Shown here: one piece after another, positions 39,908-48,381 of the stretch | Layout of the letters: each line of letters starts with the position of its first letter | How positions within the stretch are numbered: position 1 is the stretch's first letter | Assembly: GCA_038279365.1 (NCBI GenBank) | Contig: JAYODI010000001.1 | Location: 96,001-160,000, forward strand | Direction of reading: 5' to 3' | From: Candidatus Latescibacterota bacterium | GTDB taxonomy: Bacteria; Latescibacterota; UBA2968 | Length of the DNA stretch: 64,000 nucleotides | The notes under the pieces: generated by a model | What the model was told of the DNA's origin: nothing | The model's database searches: none | Seen by the model: the letters and a program-made list of their open reading frames with translations, nothing else | Program-made: the position numbers and the translations under genes

Positions 39908-41089
39908 TTATAGGGATGAAAACGATTGGGCTTGTTTGATGGCTTGTTTAACCCACTCTAAGGATGGCGTGGGCATAATGCCGTAGTTGTAAAATGCAAA
40001 TTTTGTGATGCCAAGCTGTTGTGCTGTGTCAACATGTTGACACAGTGTTTCTGCGTTGACAGATGCGGGTGCATAAGCCTGTAAACCCACAATGAGCTGA
40101 TCGGGACTTTTTAAGTGTGGCAAGTGTGTTGAAATGGCGCGGTGGGTTTGTTTTGGATCGTGTGTATAAGAGAGGATTTCAACACTGTCGGCAATTTCAA
40201 CAATGGCTCTGGCATTTGCACCGCTTATTGTGGGGGTGCCCATGAAGATGAAGGAGAGGGGGATCTGAATGGCATTTTTAATGTCATAAACCAGTGAAGC
40301 AACCACATTCTCACGCATGTGATTCAATGCTGTGAGTTCAGGCATTTCTTCGGCGAGTGCTTCTGGCGATGCCTCAATGGGTTGCCCTGTGGCAAATAGC
40401 GTATGGATTTTTTGGGTAACCTGTTCACGTAAGCGGGTAATATCGATGTTGGCTTCCATGGCTTTGTGTTGACAGGCAGGGCAAAAGCAGAGTGAATAAA
40501 GATATTGACCACCCGGGCCAAATGGCACACCATGTTTGAGGTGATAATGTGCATGCCCCCAACCTGCATAATCGAGTGATTCACATTCGAGCATTGTGAC
40601 GCCATAATTTTGTACCAAGTCTTGAGAGAGTGCTCTGGCATAATGACGCACGTTGGGGTTGGCTGGGCAAAGGGCCGAGGTGCTGATGTCTCCCGTACAG
40701 CGTTCAATGGCACAGTTGGGATATTTTTGAGCGAGGTTGGAATTGTGCAAAAAGACGGTCCAGGCTTGTATGTCTATGCCTATGCGCATTGCCTCATCTG
40801 TTGCTTTGCCCCACCAATTGTCTTTGCCCATCCACGTGCTGGTAGGTGGTTTGATACAGGTTTGGTTGTAAAGATCTAATTGGGGTTGGAAATAGGTGGC
40901 GGCTTGTGCAATATGTAGGGTATTGTTTTGGGGCAGATGTGGGCGCAACATATCAAAGGTGTGATAGGCCGATGCAAGATTGATGGCGTTGAGGCCCACC
41001 TCATTTTTGAGTGTGCTTAGAACTGTATGATATCCTTCGTCATTTAAATCCCAAGGATAGGTCCACATGGTGGTGTGAATAGATGGCAT
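39908..41089 (-). CDS. Hypothetical TIM-barrel (glycoside hydrolase-like) protein
   Basis: 'WTYPWDL', 'ASAYH', 'AWTVFLHN', 'LCPANP', 'CFCPAC', 'FYNYG'. Confidence 0.6.
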   Translation of the reverse strand: MPSIHTTMWTYPWDLNDEGYHTVLSTLKNEVGLNAINLASAYHTFDMLRPHLPQNNTLHIAQAATYFQPQLDLYNQTCIKPPTSTWMGKDNWWGKATDEAMRIGIDIQAWTVFLHNSNLAQKYPNCAIERCTGDISTSALCPANPNVRHYARALSQDLVQNYGVTMLECESLDYAGWGHAHYHLKHGVPFGPGGQYLYSLCFCPACQHKAMEANIDITRLREQVTQKIHTLFATGQPIEASPEALAEEMPELTALNHMRENVVASLVYDIKNAIQIPLSFIFMGTPTISGANARAIVEIADSVEILSYTHDPKQTHRAISTHLPHLKSPDQLIVGLQAYAPASVNAETLCQHVDTAQQLGITKFAFYNYGIMPTPSLEWVKQAIKQAQSFSSL

Positions 41090-41218
41090 TGGCTTTTGCT
41101 TTCTGAATGGTATCATAAAATTAAATGCAGTGGACTGAATACATGATTGGTTTTGATCATCTGTCAAGCAGTTTCACGGTTTGCACTTGCGTGAACATGG
41201 CAAATGCATTAAAATCAA

Positions 41219-41430
41219 CGAATGGGCGAATGGGCGAATGGGCGAATGGGCGAATAGGCGAATAGGCGAATGGACGAGGAGGTTTTGATTTGTTGATGAC
41301 TCGCTACGCTCGTTGTCGCCAGTGACTGTGCATTGATTCGTTGATTCGCAGATGACTCGCTACGCTCGTTGTAGGCTTTGCCTGTGCATTGATTCGTTAA
41401 TTCGTTAATTCGTTGATTCGTTGATTCGTT
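41219..41430. repeat. Composite intergenic repeat: 7x CGAATRGR octamer, two 56-bp-period direct repeats and inverted TTRATTCG octamers
   Basis: (cgaatggg)4(cgaatagg)2cgaatgga at 41219-41274; gatgactcgctacgctcgttgt at 41295 and 41351; (ttgattcg/ttaattcg)5 at 41389-41428. Confidence 0.85.
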
Positions 41431-41490
41431 GTCGCCTGCGGTTGTGCGTTGATTTGTGGTTTCGCAATTTCTGTTTTTAAAGGAGTCATT

Positions 41491-42504
41491 ATGGAAACGC
41501 TTGGTTTGGGTGTGATTGGTTGTGGCAATATGGGGGCGAGTTTAGCCAAAGGGGCGGCGGTGTTAGATTGTGCACAAGTGGTGTGTGTGAGCGATGTGGA
41601 TGAAGAAAAAGGGCGTGCATTATCGGGTGAGATGACGTGTGATTATGAACCCGATTATCGGGCGATGTTGGCGCGAGAAGATGTGCAAGCTGTGTTGATT
41701 GCAACACCGCCTTTTTTGCATGCAGAACCCACACTTGCGGCTGCAGAAGCTGGGGTACACATTTTTTCTGAAAAACCGATGGCACCCACCTTGGCAGGAT
41801 GTGATGCTATGCTTAAAGCTGTTGCACAACACGGTGTAAAATTGGGTATCGGTTTGGTGTGTCGGTTTCATCCGGTGCATCGCAAAGTGCGCGACTTGGC
41901 ACACGAGGGGGGCTTAGGGGTGCCTACAACGATGACGGTGCATCGTTTGGGGGGTGGGTGGGGTGGGCAGTGGACAGCTCCTTGGCGACGGTCGCGTGCT
42001 CAAAGTGGTGGAACATTGATGGAGATTAATGCACACGAAATTGATTTTTTGCGGTTTGTAATGGGAGAGGCCGAGTCGGTCTATGCGGTGGGGGGCACCT
42101 ATTTGCAGCGAGATTCCGATTTCCCAGATGTGGCATTGGTGTCGGTGCGCTTTAAAAATGGTGGTGTGGGGCTGTTGCATTCAAGCCAAGCCAGTGCCAT
42201 TGGTGGGTATGGTGGGCGTTTGGATTGTTCTGAAGGTTCGGTCGTGTTTCCCTCCTTTTGGGGCAATGAGGGTGGGCTGCGTTATAAACGGCATGATGGT
42301 GACGAAACGGCTATTGCGGCCTCCGATTTGGCCAAAAGTGAAAGCCCCGTTACGCAAGAGTTACGTGCCTTTAGTGAGGCTGTTTTAAAAGGTGAAGACC
42401 CACCTGTGGGTGGGGCAGAGGGGCGTGCGGCCACCGAGATCGCATTGGCGGCTTATCGGTCTATTGAAACAAATGCGGTTGTTGACTTGCCAATGTCTGA
42501 GTAA
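41491..42504 (+). CDS. Gfo/Idh/MocA family oxidoreductase
   Basis: 'GVIGCGNMG', 'IATPPFLH', 'SEKPMA', 'GGTLMEINAHEID'; AAGGAG RBS. Confidence 0.92.
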   Translation: METLGLGVIGCGNMGASLAKGAAVLDCAQVVCVSDVDEEKGRALSGEMTCDYEPDYRAMLAREDVQAVLIATPPFLHAEPTLAAAEAGVHIFSEKPMAPTLAGCDAMLKAVAQHGVKLGIGLVCRFHPVHRKVRDLAHEGGLGVPTTMTVHRLGGGWGGQWTAPWRRSRAQSGGTLMEINAHEIDFLRFVMGEAESVYAVGGTYLQRDSDFPDVALVSVRFKNGGVGLLHSSQASAIGGYGGRLDCSEGSVVFPSFWGNEGGLRYKRHDGDETAIAASDLAKSESPVTQELRAFSEAVLKGEDPPVGGAEGRAATEIALAAYRSIETNAVVDLPMSE

Positions 42505-42537
42505 GTGTGTATAGAACTTTGTTAAGGATGAAATTTT

Positions 42538-43782
42538 ATGGCTCGTCGGTTTGAAATTCCAACATTTTATAAGAGCGATATCATCTCACGTGTTAAACGC
42601 GCCCGCCAACTACAAGATTCTAAGAAGCGCGATTTGCATCCTTCGATATTGGATTTTGGGCCGGTTCGGTTTTTTTTGGCGCGGCATTTTGGGTTTTGTT
42701 TTGGTGTCGAAAATGCCATTGAGATCGCTTATAAAACATTGGACGAACACGGCGACAAGCGGGTTTTTTTCTTGAGCGAAATGATTCATAATCCCAATGT
42801 GAATCAAGATTTACAAGACCGAGGGGTTCAATTTATTTTTACCCCATCGGGTGAGCAGTTGGTTCATTGGGATCTTTTGACGCCCGATGACATTGTGGTG
42901 GTACCTGCTTTTGGTACGACAGTGGAAATACAAGAAGCTCTGGAAAAACGAGGGGTAGACCCTTACACATACAATACAACGTGCCCATTTGTTGAAAAGG
43001 TATGGAAACGCAGCGCTCAGTTGGGTGCTGAAGATTATACGGTGGTCATTCACGGCAAAGCAAGTCATGAAGAAACCCGTGCCACGTTTTCGCATACCGT
43101 ACAAGGTGCTCGGGCTGTGGTGGTCTTGGATTTGAAAGAGGCGCATTTGTTGGGTGGGATTATTCGGGGGGAGTTGGGGATAGACGTTTTTGAAGAACGA
43201 TTTGGACATAAGTGTTCCGATGGGTTTGATCCTTTGCGGCATTTGTCGCGCTTAGGCGTGGTTAATCAAACGACCATGCTGGCTTCAGAAACACGAGAAA
43301 TTGCGCGGGTTATTCGCGAAGCATTGGTCGATCGTTTTGGTGCCGATCAAATTCATGAACACTTTGCCGATACATCTGATACCTTGTGTTATGCCACAAA
43401 TGAAAACCAAAATGCCACGTATGCACTTATTAAACAAACAGCCGATTTGACACTTGTTGTGGGTGGTTACAATTCTTCCAATACTTCACATATTGTCGAA
43501 TTGTGTGAAAAGGCAATGCCTACTTATTTTGTAAAAAATGCCGATGAATTGATTTCTGATGAAGCCATTCAACATTTTGTGTTGTCTACGCGCAAGGTCA
43601 CTACCACAACGCATTGGTTGCCCTCAAAACGTCCATTGGATATTGCTTTGACCAGTGGTGCATCTTGTCCAGACGCTGTTGTGGATGATGTGTTGTTGCG
43701 CGTTTTGTCATTTTTTGATGACGTACGTGCTATTGAGGATGTTTTAAACCCTTATCCACTGATCCCCATCGAATCGGCATGA
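42538..43782 (+). CDS. ispH: 4-hydroxy-3-methylbut-2-enyl diphosphate reductase
   Basis: 'FGFCFGVENAI', 'MIHNP', 'TTCPFV', 'NQTT', 'DTLCYAT', 'GGYNSSNT', 'TSGASCP'. Confidence 0.95.
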   Translation: MARRFEIPTFYKSDIISRVKRARQLQDSKKRDLHPSILDFGPVRFFLARHFGFCFGVENAIEIAYKTLDEHGDKRVFFLSEMIHNPNVNQDLQDRGVQFIFTPSGEQLVHWDLLTPDDIVVVPAFGTTVEIQEALEKRGVDPYTYNTTCPFVEKVWKRSAQLGAEDYTVVIHGKASHEETRATFSHTVQGARAVVVLDLKEAHLLGGIIRGELGIDVFEERFGHKCSDGFDPLRHLSRLGVVNQTTMLASETREIARVIREALVDRFGADQIHEHFADTSDTLCYATNENQNATYALIKQTADLTLVVGGYNSSNTSHIVELCEKAMPTYFVKNADELISDEAIQHFVLSTRKVTTTTHWLPSKRPLDIALTSGASCPDAVVDDVLLRVLSFFDDVRAIEDVLNPYPLIPIESA

Positions 43783-43800
43783 TGTGGATTTGTTTTAATA

Positions 43801-43842
43801 AAAAAGCCTCTTAAAACAAAATGGTTTTAAGAGGCTTTTTTT
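43801..43842. terminator. Bidirectional terminator
   Basis: AAAAAGCCTCTTAAAAC / GTTTTAAGAGGCTTTTT. Confidence 0.85.
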
Positions 43843-43856
43843 GTGTGAGATATGGT

Positions 43857-45089
43857 TTACAGTTTTTCTAAAGGTCCCAATGCCACAAGTGCAGGTTCTG
43901 TGTCTAAGGGATATTTTTCTAAGTATTCGGCAATGTGTTTGGGTGTAACGGCAGCAATTTCGGCCTGTTCTTCAACCAGTGATTTTAATGGGGTTTGAGT
44001 GCTGAGACTGCCCACAATTTGCGAAAAACGCGAAAGACCATTTTCGCCACTACAGGCCAAACTGGTTGCAAACTTTGTTTTGGTTCGTTGAAGCGCCTCT
44101 TGGTCTATACCTTTTTTGAGATCGGCCATTTCTTTTTTGATAATGTCAATGACCTGTGAGGCGTTTTTGGGATCTACAGAAGTATACAGATAAAAGAGGC
44201 CAGTGTCGCTAAAGCCAATGTAATCTGAGGAGGCTTCATCGGCCAGACCTTGTTGGATCACAGACCAAAAGAGTTTGCTGTTTGAAGATGCACCCAAATA
44301 AGAGGCCAGCAAGTCCGCTGTTGTGGCGTCATCGGCAGAGGCTGGTGGTGCTGGCAAGGCCAGGGCGATGTGTTCACGCGTGACGTCTTCTTTTGGAACC
44401 ACACGATGGGTTGCCTGAAATGTGGGTGGTGTTTGTGTGCGCCCTTTGTCTTGTGGTTCCCAGTGGCTGCAATGTTTTTCAACTGTTTTGATGATTTCGG
44501 TTTTGTCAAATGCACCTGTAATAATAAATGTAAGGTTGTTGGGGCCATAGCGCTTTTGAAAGTAGTTGGCCATTTGATCGCGCGTGATGTCTCCTACGGT
44601 TTCTTCTGTGCCTAATACACTTTGCCCCAATGGATGTGTGCCATATGCGGCTTGGATGAGGTCGTCTATGATGAGGGCATCGGGTTGGTCTCTATACATG
44701 GCAATTTCTTCTAAGATAACTTTTTTTTCCATGTCAAATTCGTCATTGGGCAAATGCGAGCGCATCATGTCTGCAAGTATTTCAACCGAATCTTTTGCAC
44801 GTTGAGATTGTACCCAATGAAAATATGCTGTACCTTCCCACCACGTATAAGCATTCCACATGGCACCCAAATCGTCTACGTCGAGCGAGAGCTGACGCCA
44901 ATCGCGATTGGGGGTGCCCTTAAAGCACATGTGTTCTAAAAAATGTGAGATACCCATGACCGATGCTGGTTCATCTCGTGAGCCAGTGTTGACAAAAAAC
45001 CCCAACGCGGCAGAATGAATACGCGGTATGGATTCAAAGATGAGCGTGAGGCCATTGTCGAAGGTATGGGTTGAAAACGGTGATGACAT
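43857..45089 (-). CDS. M16 family zinc metallopeptidase, catalytic subunit
   Basis: HxxEH 'GISHFLEHMCFKGT', 'NAYT', 'EKKVILEE'. Confidence 0.92.
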   Translation of the reverse strand: MSSPFSTHTFDNGLTLIFESIPRIHSAALGFFVNTGSRDEPASVMGISHFLEHMCFKGTPNRDWRQLSLDVDDLGAMWNAYTWWEGTAYFHWVQSQRAKDSVEILADMMRSHLPNDEFDMEKKVILEEIAMYRDQPDALIIDDLIQAAYGTHPLGQSVLGTEETVGDITRDQMANYFQKRYGPNNLTFIITGAFDKTEIIKTVEKHCSHWEPQDKGRTQTPPTFQATHRVVPKEDVTREHIALALPAPPASADDATTADLLASYLGASSNSKLFWSVIQQGLADEASSDYIGFSDTGLFYLYTSVDPKNASQVIDIIKKEMADLKKGIDQEALQRTKTKFATSLACSGENGLSRFSQIVGSLSTQTPLKSLVEEQAEIAAVTPKHIAEYLEKYPLDTEPALVALGPLEKL

Positions 45090-45103
45090 TGAAGCTCCTG
45101 AAA

Positions 45104-45193
45104 AAACGGTGAAACGGCAAATGGCAAACGGCAAACGTGAAAACAATTCTTCTCTTGATGGGAAGAAGTTTGCCCTCTCACGTTTGCCGTTTG
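45104..45193. repeat. Heptamer (AAACGGC) tandem repeats forming a 16-bp perfect hairpin
   Basis: CAAACGGCAAACGTGA (45125-45140) is the reverse complement of 45178-45193. Confidence 0.75.
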
Positions 45194-45199
45194 TCTGCT

Positions 45200-46063
45200 T
45201 TACAATTTTTTCTGCATCGCAATTTCTTCATGCTCTGGCAAATAAGGCACATCTGTGCGGTCCCAACCTCGGCGACCATGCACGCAGTGGATGCCCATAA
45301 GTTGCCGTTTCATGGGCGTATCGGCCCATTTGACAACACTTTCTTGTGGGGTACGTGCCACATATTTTTTGACAAAGAAGGGCATGTAACCAAATATGGC
45401 CAAACGACGATCTCGGGTTGTGGTATTGGCACAACCGGTGTGCCAACAGACGACATTCCACAAAACGGCATCACCGGCTTTGTAGGCCATTTTTTTCATG
45501 TTGGGCATTTTTTCTAAGTCTTCACCTTTGTATTGATCTTTGGGAGGGCCTTCTGGGTTTTTATGCGTGCCTGGAACCAATGAAAAACACCCCATGTTTT
45601 CGTCTTGATCATCGAGAAAGTAGAAGACTTTTATTTTTAGAGAGTATTGAGGGTGTGTCCAAGGTGGCCAATCACGGTGCCAACCCGTATGCGCAGCGGC
45701 ACCTGCATGGTGATTGTGATAGAGCATTTCCATCACCTGATAGTCGGGGCCAGTGATGTTTGCCACATATGGCAAAATTTTGGGGTTGTTGGCCAGATCG
45801 AGCAATGTGGTGTCTGTGTCAAAGTTTGGCGAAATGGTGTGGGCGTTGGGCCCATTGCCATAGCCACCTTTTACAGTCCCGTCTTTGACCGACCTTTCCC
45901 AATCAGGCTTGAGTTCGCTTTCGCGTTGTTCAAACCCTGCGCGTAAACGTTCCAAACCAATAGGTTCTACCGCATTGGGAATGATGATATACCCATGTTG
46001 GTCGTAAAACGCACGCTCCTCAGTAGTTGGTGGCGGATATTCCGCCACATCTGTTACAGCCAT
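45200..46063 (-). CDS. PhyH family Fe(II)/2OG oxygenase
   Basis: 'GWHRD', 'VPGTH', 'CWHTG', 'RRL'. Confidence 0.85.
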   Translation of the reverse strand: MAVTDVAEYPPPTTEERAFYDQHGYIIIPNAVEPIGLERLRAGFEQRESELKPDWERSVKDGTVKGGYGNGPNAHTISPNFDTDTTLLDLANNPKILPYVANITGPDYQVMEMLYHNHHAGAAAHTGWHRDWPPWTHPQYSLKIKVFYFLDDQDENMGCFSLVPGTHKNPEGPPKDQYKGEDLEKMPNMKKMAYKAGDAVLWNVVCWHTGCANTTTRDRRLAIFGYMPFFVKKYVARTPQESVVKWADTPMKRQLMGIHCVHGRRGWDRTDVPYLPEHEEIAMQKKL

Positions 46064-46120
46064 GGTCAACTCCTATCGGGTTGTTGTATGATGTGTGTAT
46101 TCGACAACACACGGTGTGGG

Positions 46121-46948
46121 CTAAAATTTTTTCAGTTTGACAAGTTCTTCGTGTTCTGGCAAATAAGGCACATCTAAGCGATCCCAAGAAGCACGCCCTT
46201 CTACAGCATGAATGCCTTGTAATTCGCGCTTTTTGGGTGTGTCTGCCCAATTGACGACCAACGGAGGTGGGGTTCTGCTCACCCATTTTTTGACCCAAAA
46301 AGGTTGGTAACTGCCAATGACAATCCTGCGGTCTTTGTTGCTGGTATTGGCTGTACCCGTGTGCCACATTAAAACATTCCACAAGATGGCATCACCTGCT
46401 TTGCCTGTCACCTTTTTCATGTTAGGCATGGTTTCTAATGCATCATCGCGGTATTGATCTTTGGGTGGGCCATCGGGCAAAGTGTGTGTGCCTGGAACAA
46501 TGGAAAAACACCCCATATCTTCGGTTTGGTCGTCGAGAAAATAGAATATTTTAGCTTTGATAATCCATTTATGATGTGTCCAAGCAGGCCAATCTCTGTG
46601 CCAGTTGGTGTGGGCTTTTGTGCCGGCATGGTGGCAATGCGCGGTGACGCTCATAGATTGTGTTTGGCCAATGATGTCTTCAACCAAGGGTAAGACTTTG
46701 GGGTTGGCAGATAAGTCGAGAAAGACTTCATCTTGCTCATCTACACGAGACATGGTATGTGCATTGGGGCCGTGTCCGTAGCCTCCTTTGGCTGTGCCTT
46801 GTGCAATGTCTTGACGCCATTTTTGTTCTGTTTGAGACTGTATGCGTTCGTAGGCTTTTCGCACACGTTCTAAACCGATGGGTTCAATGGCGTTTTCGAT
46901 CATGACATAACCTTGTTCGTCTATTTCTTTGCGCTGTTCAGGTGTCAT
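46121..46948 (-). CDS. PhyH family Fe(II)/2OG oxygenase, tandem paralog
   Basis: 'NWHRD', 'VPGTH', 'MWHTG'; shares long identical blocks with 45200-46063. Confidence 0.85.
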   Translation of the reverse strand: MTPEQRKEIDEQGYVMIENAIEPIGLERVRKAYERIQSQTEQKWRQDIAQGTAKGGYGHGPNAHTMSRVDEQDEVFLDLSANPKVLPLVEDIIGQTQSMSVTAHCHHAGTKAHTNWHRDWPAWTHHKWIIKAKIFYFLDDQTEDMGCFSIVPGTHTLPDGPPKDQYRDDALETMPNMKKVTGKAGDAILWNVLMWHTGTANTSNKDRRIVIGSYQPFWVKKWVSRTPPPLVVNWADTPKKRELQGIHAVEGRASWDRLDVPYLPEHEELVKLKKF

Positions 46949-46984
46949 ACCATTTCCTTTTGTTGCTTTGTTATTTAAGATGGG

Positions 46985-48226
46985 TTATGACTTGTTGAGT
47001 GGGCTTGGTCCCAAGACACATAGCGTACTTGGGGTGGGCGGGTATGTTTCTAAATACTGTTGAATCTGATCTTTGGTGACCGCATCTATGCTTTGAGCAA
47101 TTTCGTCTATTGACCGCACTTTGTTTTCGAGAAAAAGATCTTCCAGAATACCCGATGCTCGGCCTTCGGGTAAATCACCTGTGGTAAACAAACGGCCTTT
47201 GAGCACCGTTTTGGCCCGGGTGATTTCTTCTTGGGTTATGTCTTGTCCCAGGCGCGTTATTTCATGTTGGCACACATCAAGCGTTTCTTGGGCGCGTTCA
47301 GCGGTGGTGCCTGCATAAAGCGCCACCAAACCACCGTGTCTTCTGGCACGATAAAAAGCGGAGACGCTGTAGGCCAACCCACGTTTTTCACGCACTTCGG
47401 TAAACAGCCTGCTCGACCCGCCCCCAGATAGCACACCTATGGCGAGTTGGGCGGGGTAATAGCTTGTATGACCCCGCGGTGGACCACCGTAGAGCAAGCC
47501 AATATGGGCTTGCTCTGAAGGTTTGGCATGATGTTCATTTCGGTTGGCAATCATAATTTCTGGTGATGTATGGGGTAAAGATGTGTTCCCTTCCCAACTG
47601 CCAAAGACTTGATGAACGGTTTGAAAAATTTCTTCGGATGATAGACCACCAGAGACGGCGATCAGCAGATTTTTGGGGGTGCAATGGGTGGCCCAATGTT
47701 GGCGCACATCGGCTGGTGTAATAACAGAGATGCTTTCTGGATGTCCTAATGGCACACGCCCCATTGGTGAACCCAAACCGATTTGGTAGGTGAGATAAAG
47801 AACCTGTTGTAAGGGATCGTCTTCAAGTCGTTTGAGTTCTTCAAGGGTGAGGGCTTTGGCAATTTCAACCTGTTGGTCTGGAAAAGATGCACTGCGAAAA
47901 AATTCGGCATAAAGGGTTAGAGCAGGCTTAAAGTTGGCAGGCAACATCTGAGCTTGAAACGTGGTATGTTCTACGGCGGTGGTTGAGCTTCGCCTGATAC
48001 CCAAATTGTCAAAGGCATTAAATATGGCGTGGGCATCGTGTTTGGGCGTGCCTTTAAAGAGTACATCTTCGGCAATGCGGGTGATACCCAAGCGGTCTTC
48101 GGGGTCATCTTTGGCACCTATGGTAAAGCGCAACCCCATGACAATAGACTGGGCACCTGGCATGGATTCAATGACCACAGAAATACCATTTTTAAGTGTT
48201 CTTATTTCAGGTGCAGGCATAGACAT
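46985..48226 (-). CDS. M16 family peptidase, non-catalytic partner subunit
   Basis: M16 fold with HxxEH replaced by 'RIAED'; 'SSRLFTEVREKRGLAYSV'. Confidence 0.88.
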   Translation of the reverse strand: MSMPAPEIRTLKNGISVVIESMPGAQSIVMGLRFTIGAKDDPEDRLGITRIAEDVLFKGTPKHDAHAIFNAFDNLGIRRSSTTAVEHTTFQAQMLPANFKPALTLYAEFFRSASFPDQQVEIAKALTLEELKRLEDDPLQQVLYLTYQIGLGSPMGRVPLGHPESISVITPADVRQHWATHCTPKNLLIAVSGGLSSEEIFQTVHQVFGSWEGNTSLPHTSPEIMIANRNEHHAKPSEQAHIGLLYGGPPRGHTSYYPAQLAIGVLSGGGSSRLFTEVREKRGLAYSVSAFYRARRHGGLVALYAGTTAERAQETLDVCQHEITRLGQDITQEEITRAKTVLKGRLFTTGDLPEGRASGILEDLFLENKVRSIDEIAQSIDAVTKDQIQQYLETYPPTPSTLCVLGPSPLNKS

Positions 48227-48381
48227 AAAAACCTCAAGGTTGGAGCAGAATATTCTAAATTACGGTATGAGCACCAACAATCTAAAACAGGCACATCAAA
48301 ACACAAATCTAAAAATAGGTGTGGTATTTGTGATTTGGCAAGGTGTATTTGAAGGGATGCAAGTGACGTGTGTTTGGGATG

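Noticed and set aside
41219-41430. CRISPR array
   Set aside because: Only two longer repeats, the intervening sequences resemble each other, the rest is 8-bp tandem units, and no cas genes are in the window
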